64,000 nt of DNA from NCBI RefSeq assembly GCF_004010195.1, contig NC_057753.1, positions 14,235,937 to 14,299,936 of the forward strand. The letters are read 5' to 3'. Source of the DNA: Chiloscyllium plagiosum (lineage: Eukaryota). Shown piece after piece: positions 1-13,905 of this stretch (within the stretch, counting starts at the first letter, position 1; every line of letters begins with the position of its first letter). Made by a program: the position numbers and the translations under genes. A model generated the notes under the pieces. The model was not told the DNA's origin. It did not search any database and saw only the letters and a list, made by a program, of their open reading frames with translations.

Positions 1-412
1 AACGGAAGTCTCATATAATAACATTCGCTGGTTTCTGGGTCACAGATGTTCCCGTTAAGGGCTGTTTATAACAGGGAGTCAGACAATAAAAATTCAGCAC
101 ATTACTGAATGCATAAGAATTGTTACTACGCACCAAAACATTAATGAAACCTGTCACATCGAATATTGATTCTAATTATGTTATTCACTGCATGAGGACA
201 GAATTACCTACTGCTTCTTTGGAGAACTGTGGGACTATCCCATTCATATAAGGAGTGATACGAAGCAGGTGATCGAAAGGGAGTTACAGCCATGTCCAGT
301 TGCTGTCAAAAGAAGTGTTGTTAGAGGAAAGAGTAATTTTGCTTTCAATACGCCATTCTAAAGTGAAAAATTATTTTCATACAAACAAAAAGGAATTGAA
401 TTGTTGCATTTC

Positions 413-720
413 ATTAGATTCCCTACAGTATGAAAACAGACGAATCGACCCATCAAGTCCACACTCATCCTCTGAAGAGTAACCCACTCAGACTCATTCT
501 CATACTGTACATTCACCACTGAATAATGCATCTAACACTATGCGCAAAGTAGCATAGCCATATCAGGTGACCTGCACATCTTTGGATTGTGGGAGGAAAG
601 CAGAGCACCCAGAGGAAACCAAACCAGATATGGGGAGACTGTGCAACCTCAGTATAGACAGTCACGTGAGGCAGGAATCGGACCCGGTTCCCTGGCAATG
701 TGAGGCAGCAGTGCGACCAT
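413..720 (-). mobile_element. Degenerate HE1-type tRNA-derived SINE
   Basis: Colinear similarity to the better-preserved copy at 42966-43274 (e.g. gtgggaggaaa...cagagcacccagaggaaacc...gaggcagcagtgc). Confidence 0.7.
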
Positions 721-1446
721 GACTCCCTTAATAAAATCTATTAAACAATGGTTAATAGAGGAAAAACTATAAGGATCATTTGACATTTTGACGGCAGCAA
801 AGCAGATGATCTGAAAACCACATTAATGCAAAAGACGAATTGAAGATAATACAGATTTTTGCTGCAAATACCAGAATTATTTTGTGAAATATCCACATAT
901 AGTTAAGTTCCAATATATACATGAAGGTTCACCTGCTTCCATGATTAATTTTGCGTCCATCTTAGTTTAGGGCTGGAACCAATATTTCGACTCAAAACTG
1001 ATGTTGCAATACCTTGAAAATGTGAAATTGTGTGCAGTTCCTAATGAAAATTGTGAACTGTGTTTGGAATGTACTCAATGTAAACGAAACTGTAGTAGGT
1101 TCATGAATGCTGCATCTGTTGTTGTCATTTAGATTTGTCTGAAATCAGTGCTTCACACTAAAACATCTGTGTTGCTCCCCAGTCTGTCCACTATTCTATT
1201 CTCCTTGTACCACTGAAACAGTTTCTCAATCGATGAAAAATCCCCCTCCTCTCAATGTGCAGATGGATGCAGAAACTCTGCTCACCAAACCCACTGTATT
1301 TAAGGAATTAGATTGTAAAGATGGGAGCTTGAGAGCATTGAAATGTTTATGAAACAGTAACAGTCGAAAAGGTGAATATTATGGTCACCATTTTGTCACG
1401 AGATAAATGCAAAAGAAGTTATGTTCCCCAACGGGAAGCACGGGTA

Positions 1447-1670
1447 ATAAATTTAAGATATATGTTGACATTTCAAACTGTACCACAGCAACTGGGTTCT
1501 GTGAGACTGAGTCTGCACAGTTACGATCTGCAATGAAATGGGGGGGGGGGAGCATTTTTGAAGTTATTATTGTGTGATATGAACATTTTAAGGCAAGCTG
1601 AACTAATGCTAGAAGCAAGAACATACAAGTAAAATGGAGGTTCCTTGAACAGTATTGATGGCAATAGAAA
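1447..1670 (-). pseudogene. TCR V relic (acceptor + FR1 fragment, degenerate leader)
   Basis: ttgcag|AT CGT AAC TGT GCA GAC TCA GTC TCA CAG = DRNCADSVSQNPVAVVQFE from 1527; gtatgt donor near 1626; upstream aaatccccgcc box (1726-1736) shared with other TRV promoters; no Cys23, Trp41 or RSS. Confidence 0.5.
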
Positions 1671-2429
1671 ATTGTTGAAATTGTTGTGCTACGTGATAAG
1701 AGGGCTGAAAGAGCGGAACATTAGTAAATCCCCGCCATTAACGTATGCTGAACAGATAGTAGATTTGTCCAGGTCAAGGAGGAGCTGAGTTGCTTCCGAT
1801 CTGAATCTGGATGGTGTTGAGTCGTCTCTAGTCCTGCTATTAGTTGATGCGTCCCTGTCAGAGTCAACAAGTGATATCCAATCAGTTTTCAGCTCCTTTG
1901 TACCTCAACCCATGCTGTTAGAGAATTAGCCATTAGAGCACAAAGAATAGGAACTCAAGGAGGGTACTTGGCACTGCGACACTGCCTGGCTATTGAATGA
2001 CTTCACTTATCCTTTCAAATGAATGATCCTGCAATATTACCAAAATTGTAATTTCCTTAATATTTGGAAATTTATCAACACCAGTCTTAAATAAACACAG
2101 TGAATGAATAACGTCTGCTCACAAATGCATAACAAATGACAATCAGCGAGAAATTAACATGAATTTTGCTCCTTATCTCGGCCAATCTCTGATTTGGTCG
2201 AAATATAAACGATCATCAGTGGATGAGTAACACAGTCTGTCGATACAAATGATCTGTTCCCTGTCAGTATAAAATTATTACATCAACATAAAATAAAACA
2301 TTGCGCAATTAACATTACAAAAATTAACAATTGGGAAATCGCTTTTAAAGTATGTTTTTTTATTTTACTTATGGTTCACGATTCAGCTCACGGATCAGAT
2401 CAAGAAAATGGAGGTGAGTGTGGGTGCCT

Positions 2430-2468
2430 CGTTTTTGTATGTGCTCAATGTGCCTCCGTATCACTGTG
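2430..2468 (-). other. 23-RSS
   Basis: CACAGTG (2468-2462), 23-bp spacer, ACAAAAACG (2438-2430). Confidence 0.95.
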
Positions 2469-2909
2469 GAGCTCAGCACACAGAAATAGGTGGCAGAGTC
2501 AGAGAGGCGTATCCCTGTGATATTTAATGGAACTACTTTGTTCTCTTTATCCAAGTTTGCAGTAAAACGGTCGGAAAAGTCTGAAGACTTCATCCCTTGT
2601 TCCTTTCCGTATCTCTTCAGCATATATTTTGGAGATTTTCCAGGATACTGGATGTACCAGAAAATAGTTTCTCCAGCATACTTTGTTGTATAACTACAGT
2701 TCAATGTTGCGGTTTGATCTTCCTGAATTTTCAATTTAACCGGATGTTGGGAAACAGAATTTTGGCCGCTTGTTTCTGCAAAACATAAGAACAATAAAAT
2801 GTGTCAAACTTTGTCCAAGTGTCGTTCAGGAAACACACAATGACGATTTTAGTTCAGACTTACCAGACAGCAAGATTACTATTATGAGGAGACAGCACAA
2901 TAAATTCAT
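2469..2909 (-). CDS. TCR alpha/delta V segment, apparently functional (leader 2909-2864, V exon 2775-2469)
   Basis: Leader MNLLCCLLIIVILLS + GTAAGT donor; V exon ETSGQNSVSQ...LNCSY...WYIQYPGKSP...DSATYFCVLS with Cys23, Trp41, Cys104; distinct family from the other TRVs in the window. Confidence 0.93.
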
Positions 2910-2940
2910 GGTATCTGATTTGATCGCAAACAGTGCGTTT

Positions 2941-3006
2941 TTTTATATTATATTGTTTCTTGTCATCTGATACCAGCGACTCAACTTAACTCAAGGGCTG
3001 ACGTTA
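2941..3006 (-). promoter_or_regulatory. Putative V promoter (TATA-like + CRE-like)
   Basis: AT-rich TATA-like run about 35 bp upstream of the ATG; TGACGTTA at 2999-3006. Confidence 0.35.
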
Positions 3007-4370
3007 CATAGTCAGTAACTGTGCAGACTTATCTGATCTTCAATTTGTTCCTTTCTCAAATTCGACATTATCCCTGGACCAATCATATTTAACTGAGGGC
3101 AACTCTTCCTGTCCAATCGCATCCCTTGTTGATTTTGTGTCTTTTATATCCCCTTGATCTTACTCACATTTTCAGACTTTCTGTATCTTTTCTCGAATCA
3201 ATAATATTTGACTGGGTTTTTCTTTTGAAATTCAATGCCTCTAGCTTTAGACAAGTGAATATCCCTCCAAATGTAAGGTAAAATAAAGAAATCATTTAAG
3301 CTGAATGTCATACTTAGACAATGATAAATGTGTGTATTACTCAAGTAATGTTTAATGTTTACTGTAAAACTAGGAAATGATAAGTAATGATCCGATAGTG
3401 AACAGAATTACAGATGAAAGCAGCCAACTTTTGCAGGAAGAATGCTGACTTTACTTAGAAAACTTTTGTGAAAAATTTCGGACTCTGTCAGACTTCAGAT
3501 CTGCTTTGACATGTGACCACATTGTAAAGACATATTTCGATAGGCAACAGGTCCATAAATCATTCAGGAAATTATCAATTACGCTTTCAAAGACACATCT
3601 TCGAAAAATTGTCAAAAATTACGGCAGGCATTTGACATTCAGCCCTTCTAACACACTTCTCCATTTACATAGAGAGAGTCTGATCTAAATGAGGCGTCAA
3701 CTTTGCTTTCCTGCCTCTCTCCATCAGCATATTCTCAGTTGCCGCCTAAAATTATAGTGAATTCCGTCTTGAATGTATTCAACAAAAAGTAATACCCATT
3801 GATATCTTTGAAGGGATGCCTGAAGACTAATGACTATTAAGAATTTATTTTTCCTCCAAGATCAAATTCATTCAGTTTCCAGTGAAATTGAACACTGTTG
3901 TATCAAAAGAGAAATTTATGCTGCCTCAAACATGGCTCTCATGCATCATGGCGATCACCAGTGTCAATAACAGGAAGGCGCTTACGGAGTGTGACCTCAG
4001 AGGAGTGATTCACTGTGTTCCTTTTTCCCACTAAATCAGTGGCAATCTTCAAATATCCGACTACCCTTTTAAAGAGAGGACAGCGACAATGTGGACATTA
4101 GTCATCTCGATTCTTTGAAGGGGGAGGGGTGGCGGATGCTTCCAACATGTATATGTGGAAGAAACATGCTTACTTTTCCTTTCAAATCCTATTTTATACG
4201 AACGTCAGAATATCATATTCCAATCCAGATGTGATCTCCATTCCAGGCATGAATCGTTGAGATTCTGTGACTAAGTCACTCTTCTCAGACACCCGGACAG
4301 AAGAAGAGGCTGTTACAAATAGTAATTATGCATTATACTGAATTCCATTTTATTTAATTTTAGTCTCTCT

Positions 4371-4625
4371 TCACAATTGGGTTGCAATTGTACCAGCCTC
4401 CACCACTTCCTCTGGCAGCTCATTCCATATACGCACTATGCTTTCTGTGAAAATGTTGCCTCTCAGGTCCCTTTCAAATCTTTCCCATCTCACCTTGAAC
4501 CTGTGCCCTATAGGTTTGGACTCCCCCACACCTGGGAAAATACCATGCCAATTTGTCCTGTCCATGGCCCTTCTGATTTTATAAACCTCTATATGGTCAC
4601 CCTCAGTCCCCGATGCTCCAGGAAA
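4371..4625 (-). mobile_element. CR1 LINE ORF2 C-terminal fragment
   Basis: GHRFKVR...DLRGNIFTE...IWNELPEEVVEAGTI, typical CR1 ORF2 end. Confidence 0.75.
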
Positions 4626-6359
4626 GAGCGTCCCTATACAGCTATACAGCTCCTCCCTTTCATTATCAGTGTCATTGAAATCAAACTCATGCTAATTGAG
4701 ATTGGAATTGACAATAGAACAAAAAAAATCTGGAGTTGTCGCATTCAATCTTAATTTCTGGACGCATCTGCTCATCTGCATTTTCATTGTGATTTTTTGC
4801 TGATTCCTCTAATTTTCTCTATGCTGAAATAATGTGGTGTGAAAGATACACCAGGTTTTGCTTTTTGGTTCGTGTGTGGGTGAAAGTTTAACAAGTGCAT
4901 ATTGAGCTGCAGCCTGTTATGCACTGAAAAGAGGAGAGTTCCTGTTTATTTCCATGGTGTACTCGTGTCAATAAGACATGAATATAGACGTGTCAATATC
5001 TTCAGGCTGAATGAAAACATCCCAAGTGAGTTGCACTTCAGACTCTCACCCTGAACATGAATGCAATGCTTCACATTTACAAGTTGAGACAAACCAGTTA
5101 TGATCTTTTTAAAAGATATGCTTTATTATTTTGAGTGGTGGGAGATTGGAAAATGTTAACAGCATCTTGAAAATCAACGACCATTAAGTTCAAGAAGGAA
5201 AAAGGCAGTAAGTACATAAGAACACGGCACCTGCAGCTTCCATTCCGAGCCATTCACCATCCTGACTTCAAAATGAATCGCTGTATAATCATTTTCGTTG
5301 GATCAAAATCCTGGAATTTCTCTGCAAAACACATTATGAGTCAACCTGCAGGCCAAGGGATTTTCCAATTTGCAAAAGCAGCTCACGACTACCAATTTCT
5401 CTATTGATTTAGAATTCGGTTGCAACTGTTCACCCACCGAGTTACGCCCAAAAGCACAAAGAGAGTAAATCACCCAATCGCAATTGAGATCATTGAATCA
5501 TGTATGGAATATATTTTCACTCAGTGTAAAGAGAGAAACTGAGTCTCTGACACATCATGGGATGGAGTTAAATGCAGTAAATCTAAATGATGTAAATGTC
5601 TTTTCAGCATAGATTTACAAGATCAGGGGAGAAAAATGAAAATCCAGTCAATCGTACAGTTTGAGAAAAAGAAAGCATTCGACAATTGACCAGTATGAAC
5701 TCGTTGGGATGAACGATCTATTTCCCCGTTGGGAAATAAGAAGTCTTTCCAGGTAGCTGGATATTTAGGCTGTCAGTCCCCTCTCACTCTTTCTCCCCGG
5801 TTTCTCATTTCATGTTAATGAGCTCATGACCAAAGAGTAGATCAGATGGCACTGTCGCCTAAGAAAGTTATGGCTGTAGAAGAGACCACAGCGTGCACAT
5901 ATTGCTCAGTTTCGTGAACTAGTACCAGCACCATGGTGGACGGGAGACACAAATTCTTTCTATCGGCTTGGACGGCACTACCAGAGGGAAGATTTGGTCT
6001 GCCTCAGTACACGTGACAATAAATTCAATTCAATTCAAAAACACAGCGCTTCGGCAATCAGAGACATCGGATTTACAAGTATTGCCATCTACCACTGTGC
6101 AATGATCATCGACAGATTATAACCAATGGTTAGCCAGAAGACAAACCCCTTTCAGAGAGGAGATACCGACAGCCTTACCATCTTAACCTCAACAAACTTA
6201 CGGAGGAGCACGATCCTCATTAAACACAACACACACCACAGTTATTACCTTTGTGCCAAATTAAAAAGACCTCGCAGCATTGAACAACTACACACATTCA
6301 AATACACCTTTCAATTGTTCATTCATATTAAATTCAGAAATATCGTTCTGTATTTTCTT

Positions 6360-6780
6360 AGTTAAAAACCAGATACGACTAAATTATAGTCCAACAGGTT
6401 TATTTGGAAGTACAAGCCTTCAGAACGCAGCTCCTTCGTCAGGTTGCAAGTGGGGCAGGATCATGGGATAAAGAATTTATCATAAAATATCAAAATGCCG
6501 TAAAACTTATGAGATGTATTCACAAGCCTAGATTGCTGTTAAGTATTTAATCACCTGGAATGGAGATGCAGGCTTTGATTCATCAATATGCAACTCACAG
6601 GACTTCATTCAAGTCACGTTCCCGGGAAAACATCTTAGCTCAGACAATGCATTAAAGATGTGAGATTAGAGTTTGGCTGTATCCCAACATTGAGTCAGAC
6701 TGGCTCTATTTTCAAAGTCGGAATTTATAAAATTCCACATGGACTCACTGCTGACAGATTGTATGCTTTTTGAAGAGATG
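6360..6780 (-). mobile_element. Penelope-like element terminal fragment with degenerate hammerhead core
   Basis: - strand CTGACGA-AGGAGC-TGC-GTTCT-GAAG (6442-6418); extent approximate. Confidence 0.45.
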
Positions 6781-6849
6781 TTAAACAAATCGGCCCTCCA
6801 TCTTCTAAATTTTACAAGAGTCAAAGGCGTCGCAAACGATATATTAAAA

Positions 6850-7200
6850 TATCCTGAGGGGATTTGCCAACATGGATGTGGAGCAGATATTTCTTCTTAT
6901 AGGAGAACCTAGAAACAACGGTTATAGTTTTCAAAACAGGATCAGAGCTCAGTTAAGAGAGAAGTTAGATTTTTTTGTTCTCTCAGAGTGTTGCGATACT
7001 CTGGAATTCCCTTCATCAAAAGGCAGCAGATACAGAATGGAGAAGCTTCAAGGATTTTTAAAGCAGAAATAGTTGCATTCTTCATGACCTAACAATAAAC
7101 TATCGGGAATAATAAGGGATGTGGCAAAGAGTTTAAAAGTAGATAAGCCATGATGAAGCAGACTCCGAAGGCTTTTGGCCTACTCCAATACTGGCTGTAC
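6850..7200 (+). mobile_element. CR1/L2 3' end fragment, degenerate
   Basis: ggatgtggag...ctagaaac...tctctcagagtgttg...ctggaattc, resembling CR1 3' ends elsewhere in the window. Confidence 0.55.
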
Positions 7201-7492
7201 ATATGGTCGTTAACATGTTCTGGAAGCACAAAATTCTAAACTATATGAAATAGTTGATATTCAGATAATTAGACAATGTCTTCTCTTTGAATTATCTCCC
7301 GAAATGAAGAGCGCCTGTTTAGGTTCTACAAACGTCTGCTAATTAACCCAATTTTCCAAGAAAATGCCTTGTCATTTTTATCCTCAGGGGAGCCTGTCTG
7401 AATCGATAACTCACAAATGGGAAACTACAAAGTAACATGATTGATTGAGGGGGGAGATTGGTAAGAAGAAAGAAAGATAGATAGATAGATAG

Positions 7493-7992
7493 NNNNNNNN
7501 NNNNNNNNNNNNNNNNNNNNNNNNNNNNNNNNNNNNNNNNNNNNNNNNNNNNNNNNNNNNNNNNNNNNNNNNNNNNNNNNNNNNNNNNNNNNNNNNNNNN
7601 NNNNNNNNNNNNNNNNNNNNNNNNNNNNNNNNNNNNNNNNNNNNNNNNNNNNNNNNNNNNNNNNNNNNNNNNNNNNNNNNNNNNNNNNNNNNNNNNNNNN
7701 NNNNNNNNNNNNNNNNNNNNNNNNNNNNNNNNNNNNNNNNNNNNNNNNNNNNNNNNNNNNNNNNNNNNNNNNNNNNNNNNNNNNNNNNNNNNNNNNNNNN
7801 NNNNNNNNNNNNNNNNNNNNNNNNNNNNNNNNNNNNNNNNNNNNNNNNNNNNNNNNNNNNNNNNNNNNNNNNNNNNNNNNNNNNNNNNNNNNNNNNNNNN
7901 NNNNNNNNNNNNNNNNNNNNNNNNNNNNNNNNNNNNNNNNNNNNNNNNNNNNNNNNNNNNNNNNNNNNNNNNNNNNNNNNNNNNNNNNNNNN
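7493..7992. other. Assembly gap (500 N), preceded by (GATA)n
   Basis: Run of N. Confidence 1.
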
Positions 7993-8590
7993 TTCAAGCG
8001 TTTTGGATGAAATTGTAGATGGTTTGATAGGTATGTTTTCAGAGGACACCCAAATTGGTAAAGATATAAATCGTGATGAAGGGTGGTAAAAGATATAGCA
8101 GCCTGCAGGGCGGTTGGAAAGTTGGACACAGAAATAGCATCTGAAGTTTAATCCAGATAAGTATTTTGTGATATACTTTGATAGGTCAAATGCCAGAGGA
8201 AAGAATGTAATAAATAGCAGGAGCCTTCACAACATCGATATATACAAGACATCTTGGAGTGGATGTCCTTAGCTCACTAAACGTGGTAATACAAGTGTAT
8301 AAGGCGGTCAGGAAAACATCTGGCGTGGTTTCCATCAATGCTTTCGATATTGATTAAAATGGTGAAAAGTCAAACTGTAGCTGTATAAAACTTCAGGAAG
8401 ATCATATTTGGAGCTTTGTGTGTGTCGAAGTGTTCGCCAAATTACAGGAAGGATATACAGGCTTTGCAATCAGTGCAAAAAGCGTTAACAAGGATGTTGC
8501 CTGAATTGGTATGGAGATGTTTGACAACTTGGATGATTTTCACTCTCGTGTCCAAAGCTGCTTAGGCGACCAGACGGAAGTACACATAAT
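7993..8590 (+). mobile_element. Degenerate CR1 RT/3' region
   Basis: gcagaggacaccaaaattgg-like (ADDTKIG) and caaggatgttgcctg motifs. Confidence 0.6.
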
Positions 8591-9835
8591 TAACATATGC
8601 AGAAATACATGAATAAACAGAAGCAGAAGAACGCAGCAGGCAGAATCTTTCTCATTCAGTCAAAGACAAAATATCTACTGTTGCACATAAAAGTGCATGC
8701 ATACACTTACAAACAACACACGAACATAGCACACACATGTGTACACACACTGATGTCCTCACATGCTGATGTAGACAGACACATGCACACAGATGCGCAA
8801 ATATTCACATACCCAGGGAGGGATAAAGAAAGGAATACACTTGCACACGGTCACACATACTCATATGTGCACAATATTCTCGAATTAATATCTGTTGTAA
8901 AATTGGTATAACTGTTGCAGTATTTGCAAAGCCTGTGCATTTGTTGTAATTTCTGGAGGTGCTAATGTAATGCCTCACATAAAATAGAATGGAAATACAA
9001 CTCCTGCTCAGTTGCTTCCAAAACATGGGTGAATTCAACTAAGAGAATAAGATAACTCGGGATGAGACTAGTTGGGTCTACATTTACGTTGCCTGTTCTC
9101 AAACTCATCGCCAAGCCTACCACCCTCTCATTCCTCCCACAGTGTAGGGATTTTGAAAGAATCCAGCGTCCTATCAGGTAGTTCATTTTGTTTCACAATA
9201 ACTTGCTACAAAAGTAGCTGTCCAACTGCCCTCCATGATTTCGTTGCCTCCTGTATGTACCTGTGCATGCAGTGGGATAGCAAGGCATTTCAGATTTATT
9301 AATTGTTTTGGTAGAAAACCGGCAAGGGTTTATGAAAAGCAAATCAAATCAACAAATATACTTAAGTATTCTTATTTGACAATGGAACTAGAAGAATGGT
9401 TGAATGAGAACCGCGAGTTGGATCTATTTCAAAGTTCAGAATTTATTTTGATAATCTCCTGTGGAAGATATTAGTGAAATATATAACATTTGGAAAAATG
9501 TATTTACAGAGATCAAGTATGAGTTGCCAGACAAGGAACAATGATAACAAATTGGCTTCTTGCTGAACGACAGGCAGTAACACGCATTTCAGGCAATTCC
9601 ACTGTGTTCTCAATGAGGCAATGCTGCGAAACGGACAAGGTTGATGTCAGAAACTCGCCTATATACGTCAGATGTCGACTGCATGCAACCAATAAAATGT
9701 GTCCTCAAACCCGCCTCTTCTTCTGCTATTTCATGAAACCCTGCGATTAAGGAACAGAAAACAACAATCCATCAAATTGCTTTTCAGTGCGTGACAAGAA
9801 GGCAGACTCTCTCACGTACCAGAGCCTCTGGAAGT

Positions 9836-10313
9836 ATGGTGTCAGCGATCTCTCTTGTTCTCGTTCTTATTTCAATGTCCAGTGCGTATCTTAAATTAAA
9901 TTTTTACGCAATTTTAATAACTTCAGATTTACTTTTCGTCCACTCCCTGGGGAGACTTACATGTCTTGGAGTAACGCCAGTTTTGTTCATGCTACATAAC
10001 TTATTAGGTGTCAAGTCGAAGGCGCTGTTAACTCAGTCAAAGGCAAATACAGGGATTGCTGGACAAACTCTGAGACAGGTCTGCAAAACCAGCGGATTCG
10101 ATTTGCGCAGGTCCAGAGTGTACTGGTATCGACAAAGTTCCAGGAAGAGTCCAGAATGGCTTGTTGAGTACTACAGTGAAAGCGTCAATGAATATCAGCC
10201 AGACGTCAGAGAACGAGTTATTGCATCTAAAGACCTTTCAAGCAATATCTTTATTTTAAAAATCAGAACTTTGAAAATGTCCGAAAGTGCAATGTACTAT
10301 TGTGCGCAGCGAG
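9836..10313 (+). CDS. IgH-like V segment (TAILV-type), open ORF (leader 9836-9881, V exon 10008-10313)
   Basis: Leader MVSAISLVLVLISMS + GTGCGT donor; V has CKTSGFDL, WYRQ, EWLVEYYS, ASKDLSSNIFIL, YYCAQ, resembling shark IgM VH; FR1 somewhat divergent (TLRQVC). Confidence 0.9.
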
Positions 10314-10352
10314 CACAGTGAGACAGATCAGTTGTACATTTGTACAAAAACC
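10314..10352 (+). other. Perfect 23-RSS
   Basis: CACAGTG + 23 bp + ACAAAAACC. Confidence 0.97.
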
Positions 10353-10910
10353 CACAAGACTACAAACATCCAATGCATCTCAAACACCCAATGCACACAA
10401 TTGACATCATTTCACAAGTTAAGATTGTAACAGAGAGTGAGAGGAAACTATTCGGCCTTTCATATTCACTGTCTGCTGTTTCAAATTATTGCTCAATTAT
10501 TCTGTCTCTATGACTTACACACAGTCGATATTATTAACCTCATACACGTCCCTACATTTGTCTGGTAACCTAGTGAAAGTGCTGCTTCTGTTTGTTCTCT
10601 TGTTGCCTGAAAGTAGCAGTCAAATCTTTTTAATATAAATGTTTTCCCTTGCATGACAGATAAAAGATAAGAAGTCGACCCCGATTTTGTTTAAATTACC
10701 TCATTGATGTTTAACTCAGTAGTACCATTAGGACCTAAAACATGTATTATTTGTAAAATTTACTTCTAAATTCATTTACATTAGCTTCAACCTTAACTCA
10801 CTTTATTTAATGTCACTTTCCTTTAATTTGATTCAGAGTTAATCCTACCTCTAACTGTAGCACGATACGTTTTCTTGAAATAGATTGGGACGACGCTGTT
10901 CCTGTAATAA

Positions 10911-11485
10911 GGTTATGGTGTCATTTTTTTTCAGAGACGTCGTAAAAGACACAGACTCCGAAAGGTCTTGGGTTGAAGGGTTTTATAGCTAATCAAACCT
11001 GCCTGACGCAGAACGCTTTTGAGTTTTATAAAGAAAACTTGTACAATGAAAGGCGAGTGGCCAGTTCCCCCAGCTCACTTTCTCTGGTTTGGTTTGGGTT
11101 TTTAGAGGTCGTGAAGAAAAAGCTGCTGGACCCAAAAAAGCATGTCCAGTCTGATACTCTCTCTCCTGTATGAACCTGTGTTTGATTTTAACATTTTTGC
11201 CAAATGGTATTTAGGGGGACTGATGTAAGTGTTGTGAATAGCATCATTCAGATGGTATAATCTGTTGGGTTTTCGGTGAGGGTAATATATTCAGTATTCG
11301 ATTCCTTTTGTTTGTATTTCGTTCGTTAATCTTGCAAATAAATTCCGTTCTGTTTAAAACTAAGTGGTTTGGCCAGCCGCATCTCTCCTCAAATATCCAC
11401 TACACACCTGCTTAAAACAACAAGCTAAATTAAGGTCTGGGCTACCGTCCTGGAATGGTTGAGGGGTCTGGCCTGGTCCATAACA
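10911..11485 (+). mobile_element. Solo LTR (Gypsy-type)
   Basis: gttatgg...ccataaca termini, internal AATAAA; reverse-complement similarity to 22037-22727 and 50548-51237; TSD not seen. Confidence 0.6.
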
Positions 11486-13905
11486 AGGTGCTAGGGATTG
11501 GAGTGAAGTGCTCGTGCTGTAGCTCTGTCTCATTGTTGTCTATCTTTGCTAAAGATAACTTTGTGACACGTGCTTCACAAATGCGGTCTGCAAGCCTCCC
11601 CCCCGGCAAAATGCTTCATTCTATTAACTTTTATCACAAAATGTGATCACTTTCAGAAACGTCTATAGCACCCATTCAAGGAAATTACCAATATCTAATC
11701 ACAATGTTCGATCCCAGCCATTTTAGATTACTGGCAATGAATCCCCAAGTGTTTGCACCAAATCGTAAACAGTGAGATACTATCGTTGTCATTAGGCAAG
11801 TACAGCAGAGCTGTGTGATATCTCACTTATTTGGTGAACACAGCAAACTTCGGTTCAAGGTTTGCAGAACACATCACAGCATCTCCAGGCTACAGTTTAA
11901 GCTAGGTTAGAGGCTAAACTAGCTTGACCAGAATTCCCAAAATGCTTGAATGTAGCTTGTAATCAGTCCCATAGCTTTTTCTGCTGATGATCTCGTGATG
12001 ACATTCTCAACATCTCACCTGCTTTTCTTCAATATCCTTGACTACCTTAATGTTAAAAATATGTATTTCTCTGTACCACTACCTCTGGGACAATAGGTTC
12101 CTTCTTAGCTTTCTCTAAAGTGTGAAATTCCGTCTTTTGTCATTCACTGGTCAGCATGGACGGGTTGGACTGAAGGGTCTGTTTCCGTGCTGTACATCTC
12201 TATGAGTCTATGACTCTATCATCTGGTCCTAGATTTTCCAAAAGAAGAAGCAACCATTCAGCATATACGCTGCCAAGATTTCACTTGTCAGCTCTGGAGT
12301 TGTTGGGACTTGGCAGCAGGTCTCCTGGCTCTGATTTATTCATACTACCATGATATCACAACAGCTCTATTATGCAGTCAATTGTTTTGATTGTAATGGA
12401 CGCGAACCAAATTATGATCAGTCCCATCTTTCAGCAGACCGCGAGCTCGGGAATAATGCATTCTACTCTCGTGTTGCATTGGCGGTGTTGAATTTGGAAT
12501 GGGTCCTTGCTTAAGCGTCCAAGGGTGGTGATGAGTGGCCCTCCATTTTCTGTCACAAGCAAAGAACATTTGTGGAAGCTCTTTTCTCTTGAGGAGACAG
12601 ACGGAAGTTCAACCGACATAAATAACAACCAAAGTTCAGTTCACTTTAGGATCAGCGTAATTCCGTTGGAATATCTGTTCAGGATGTACAAACTTTTTCA
12701 CATCGAGAAACTCATGGTGAACTCATCCACACCTTTTGAGGAAACTGTGGACTGCGACTCAAGTAAACTGACATAAGTTAGAGATCTATAAAAATATACT
12801 GATCCAAAAAAACACCTGTTAAGATTACATCAATTTAACTTTCGAAACTAGTCGTTGGCATCTGTCTTCTTTCAGCAACAGAATGCCCTGGGTCATCTTC
12901 AGTCTTTTGTTGAAAACACGTTTCATTTGTAAAAGGTACCTTTGATAGAATGCTTTGAATGATAGTTTCTCTGTAAATGGCAGGATGCTCTCTTCCTCTG
13001 TTTAACTTTCAAAATGCCGGCTTATTTATACCCCCAAGCACCGGAATGTCTCATTGGTTCGATGTTGTCAAAACAGTAAAATTCAAATTTTATTGTTTTA
13101 GTATCTTGGGGCATAATTTAATCTGATTGGTTAAATTTGAAACATTGTGAACTGAGCAACCAAGTGTTGAATATTTTCAATTTTCCATTAGACACTGAGA
13201 CTGCTAGTCAGTCACATGAAAGGTGTCTGCAAACACTCACTGCCAAGACAATATTCACTCTCTCTTAAAGGTACCATACACAACTTCAACTACATAACAG
13301 TCATGAGAGGAACAAGAAGAGGGAGAATGATTATGTTGCACCTGAGTGCATATAAATCGAAATGAAGGGGCATTATGAAGATGGAACTTACAATAATGAC
13401 ATTATAGCTATTAACAGATCAGTAAAAGATTCAGTTCAGTGATGCAAAAGGTTATATTGAGGCTCTGCCTGTTGAGAACGGGCAGATTTTAAGGCTACAA
13501 TATTTTCAGTCAATAGACTTTTCGGGGTAGGTGTGCATGAGCATAATGGATGCATGCATTAACTGGTTAATGAAAAAGTGGAGTAAATCGGTATTGTGAG
13601 GCAGAGAAAAATATCAGTTGTGACAGCATTGCTCCCAGGAATCTGAGTATTTGTTTATTATGGATGGAAGTCTATTCTACGGAAATCCAATGGCTCTCTT
13701 TTCATGAAACCAATCATCCCCGACTCAGAGAAGATTAATTTACTGAGAATCAGCTCTCCCTCTCCACTCATCATCATGGTATCCCTGCCAAGACCAGGCA
13801 GTAAGGTGGAAGCATCCAGATATATGGCAGCAAGTGTTGAAGGTGTACTTTTAGAATATTTCTCTTCAAATATTCGACAGCATTCTTCCACACAGGAACG
13901 AGACA

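Noticed and set aside
7411-8129. Long ORFs spanning N runs (also at 26.5, 51.2, 54.1 and 61.1 kb)
   Set aside because: Artefacts of translating assembly gaps
8597-8911. His/Thr-rich or Cys/Val-rich ORFs (also at 24.5-24.9, 46.5 and 61.0-61.4 kb)
   Set aside because: Translations of CA/TG low-complexity tracts
12775-13300. Possible additional solo LTR ending ...cataaca
   Set aside because: Left boundary and TSD could not be defined
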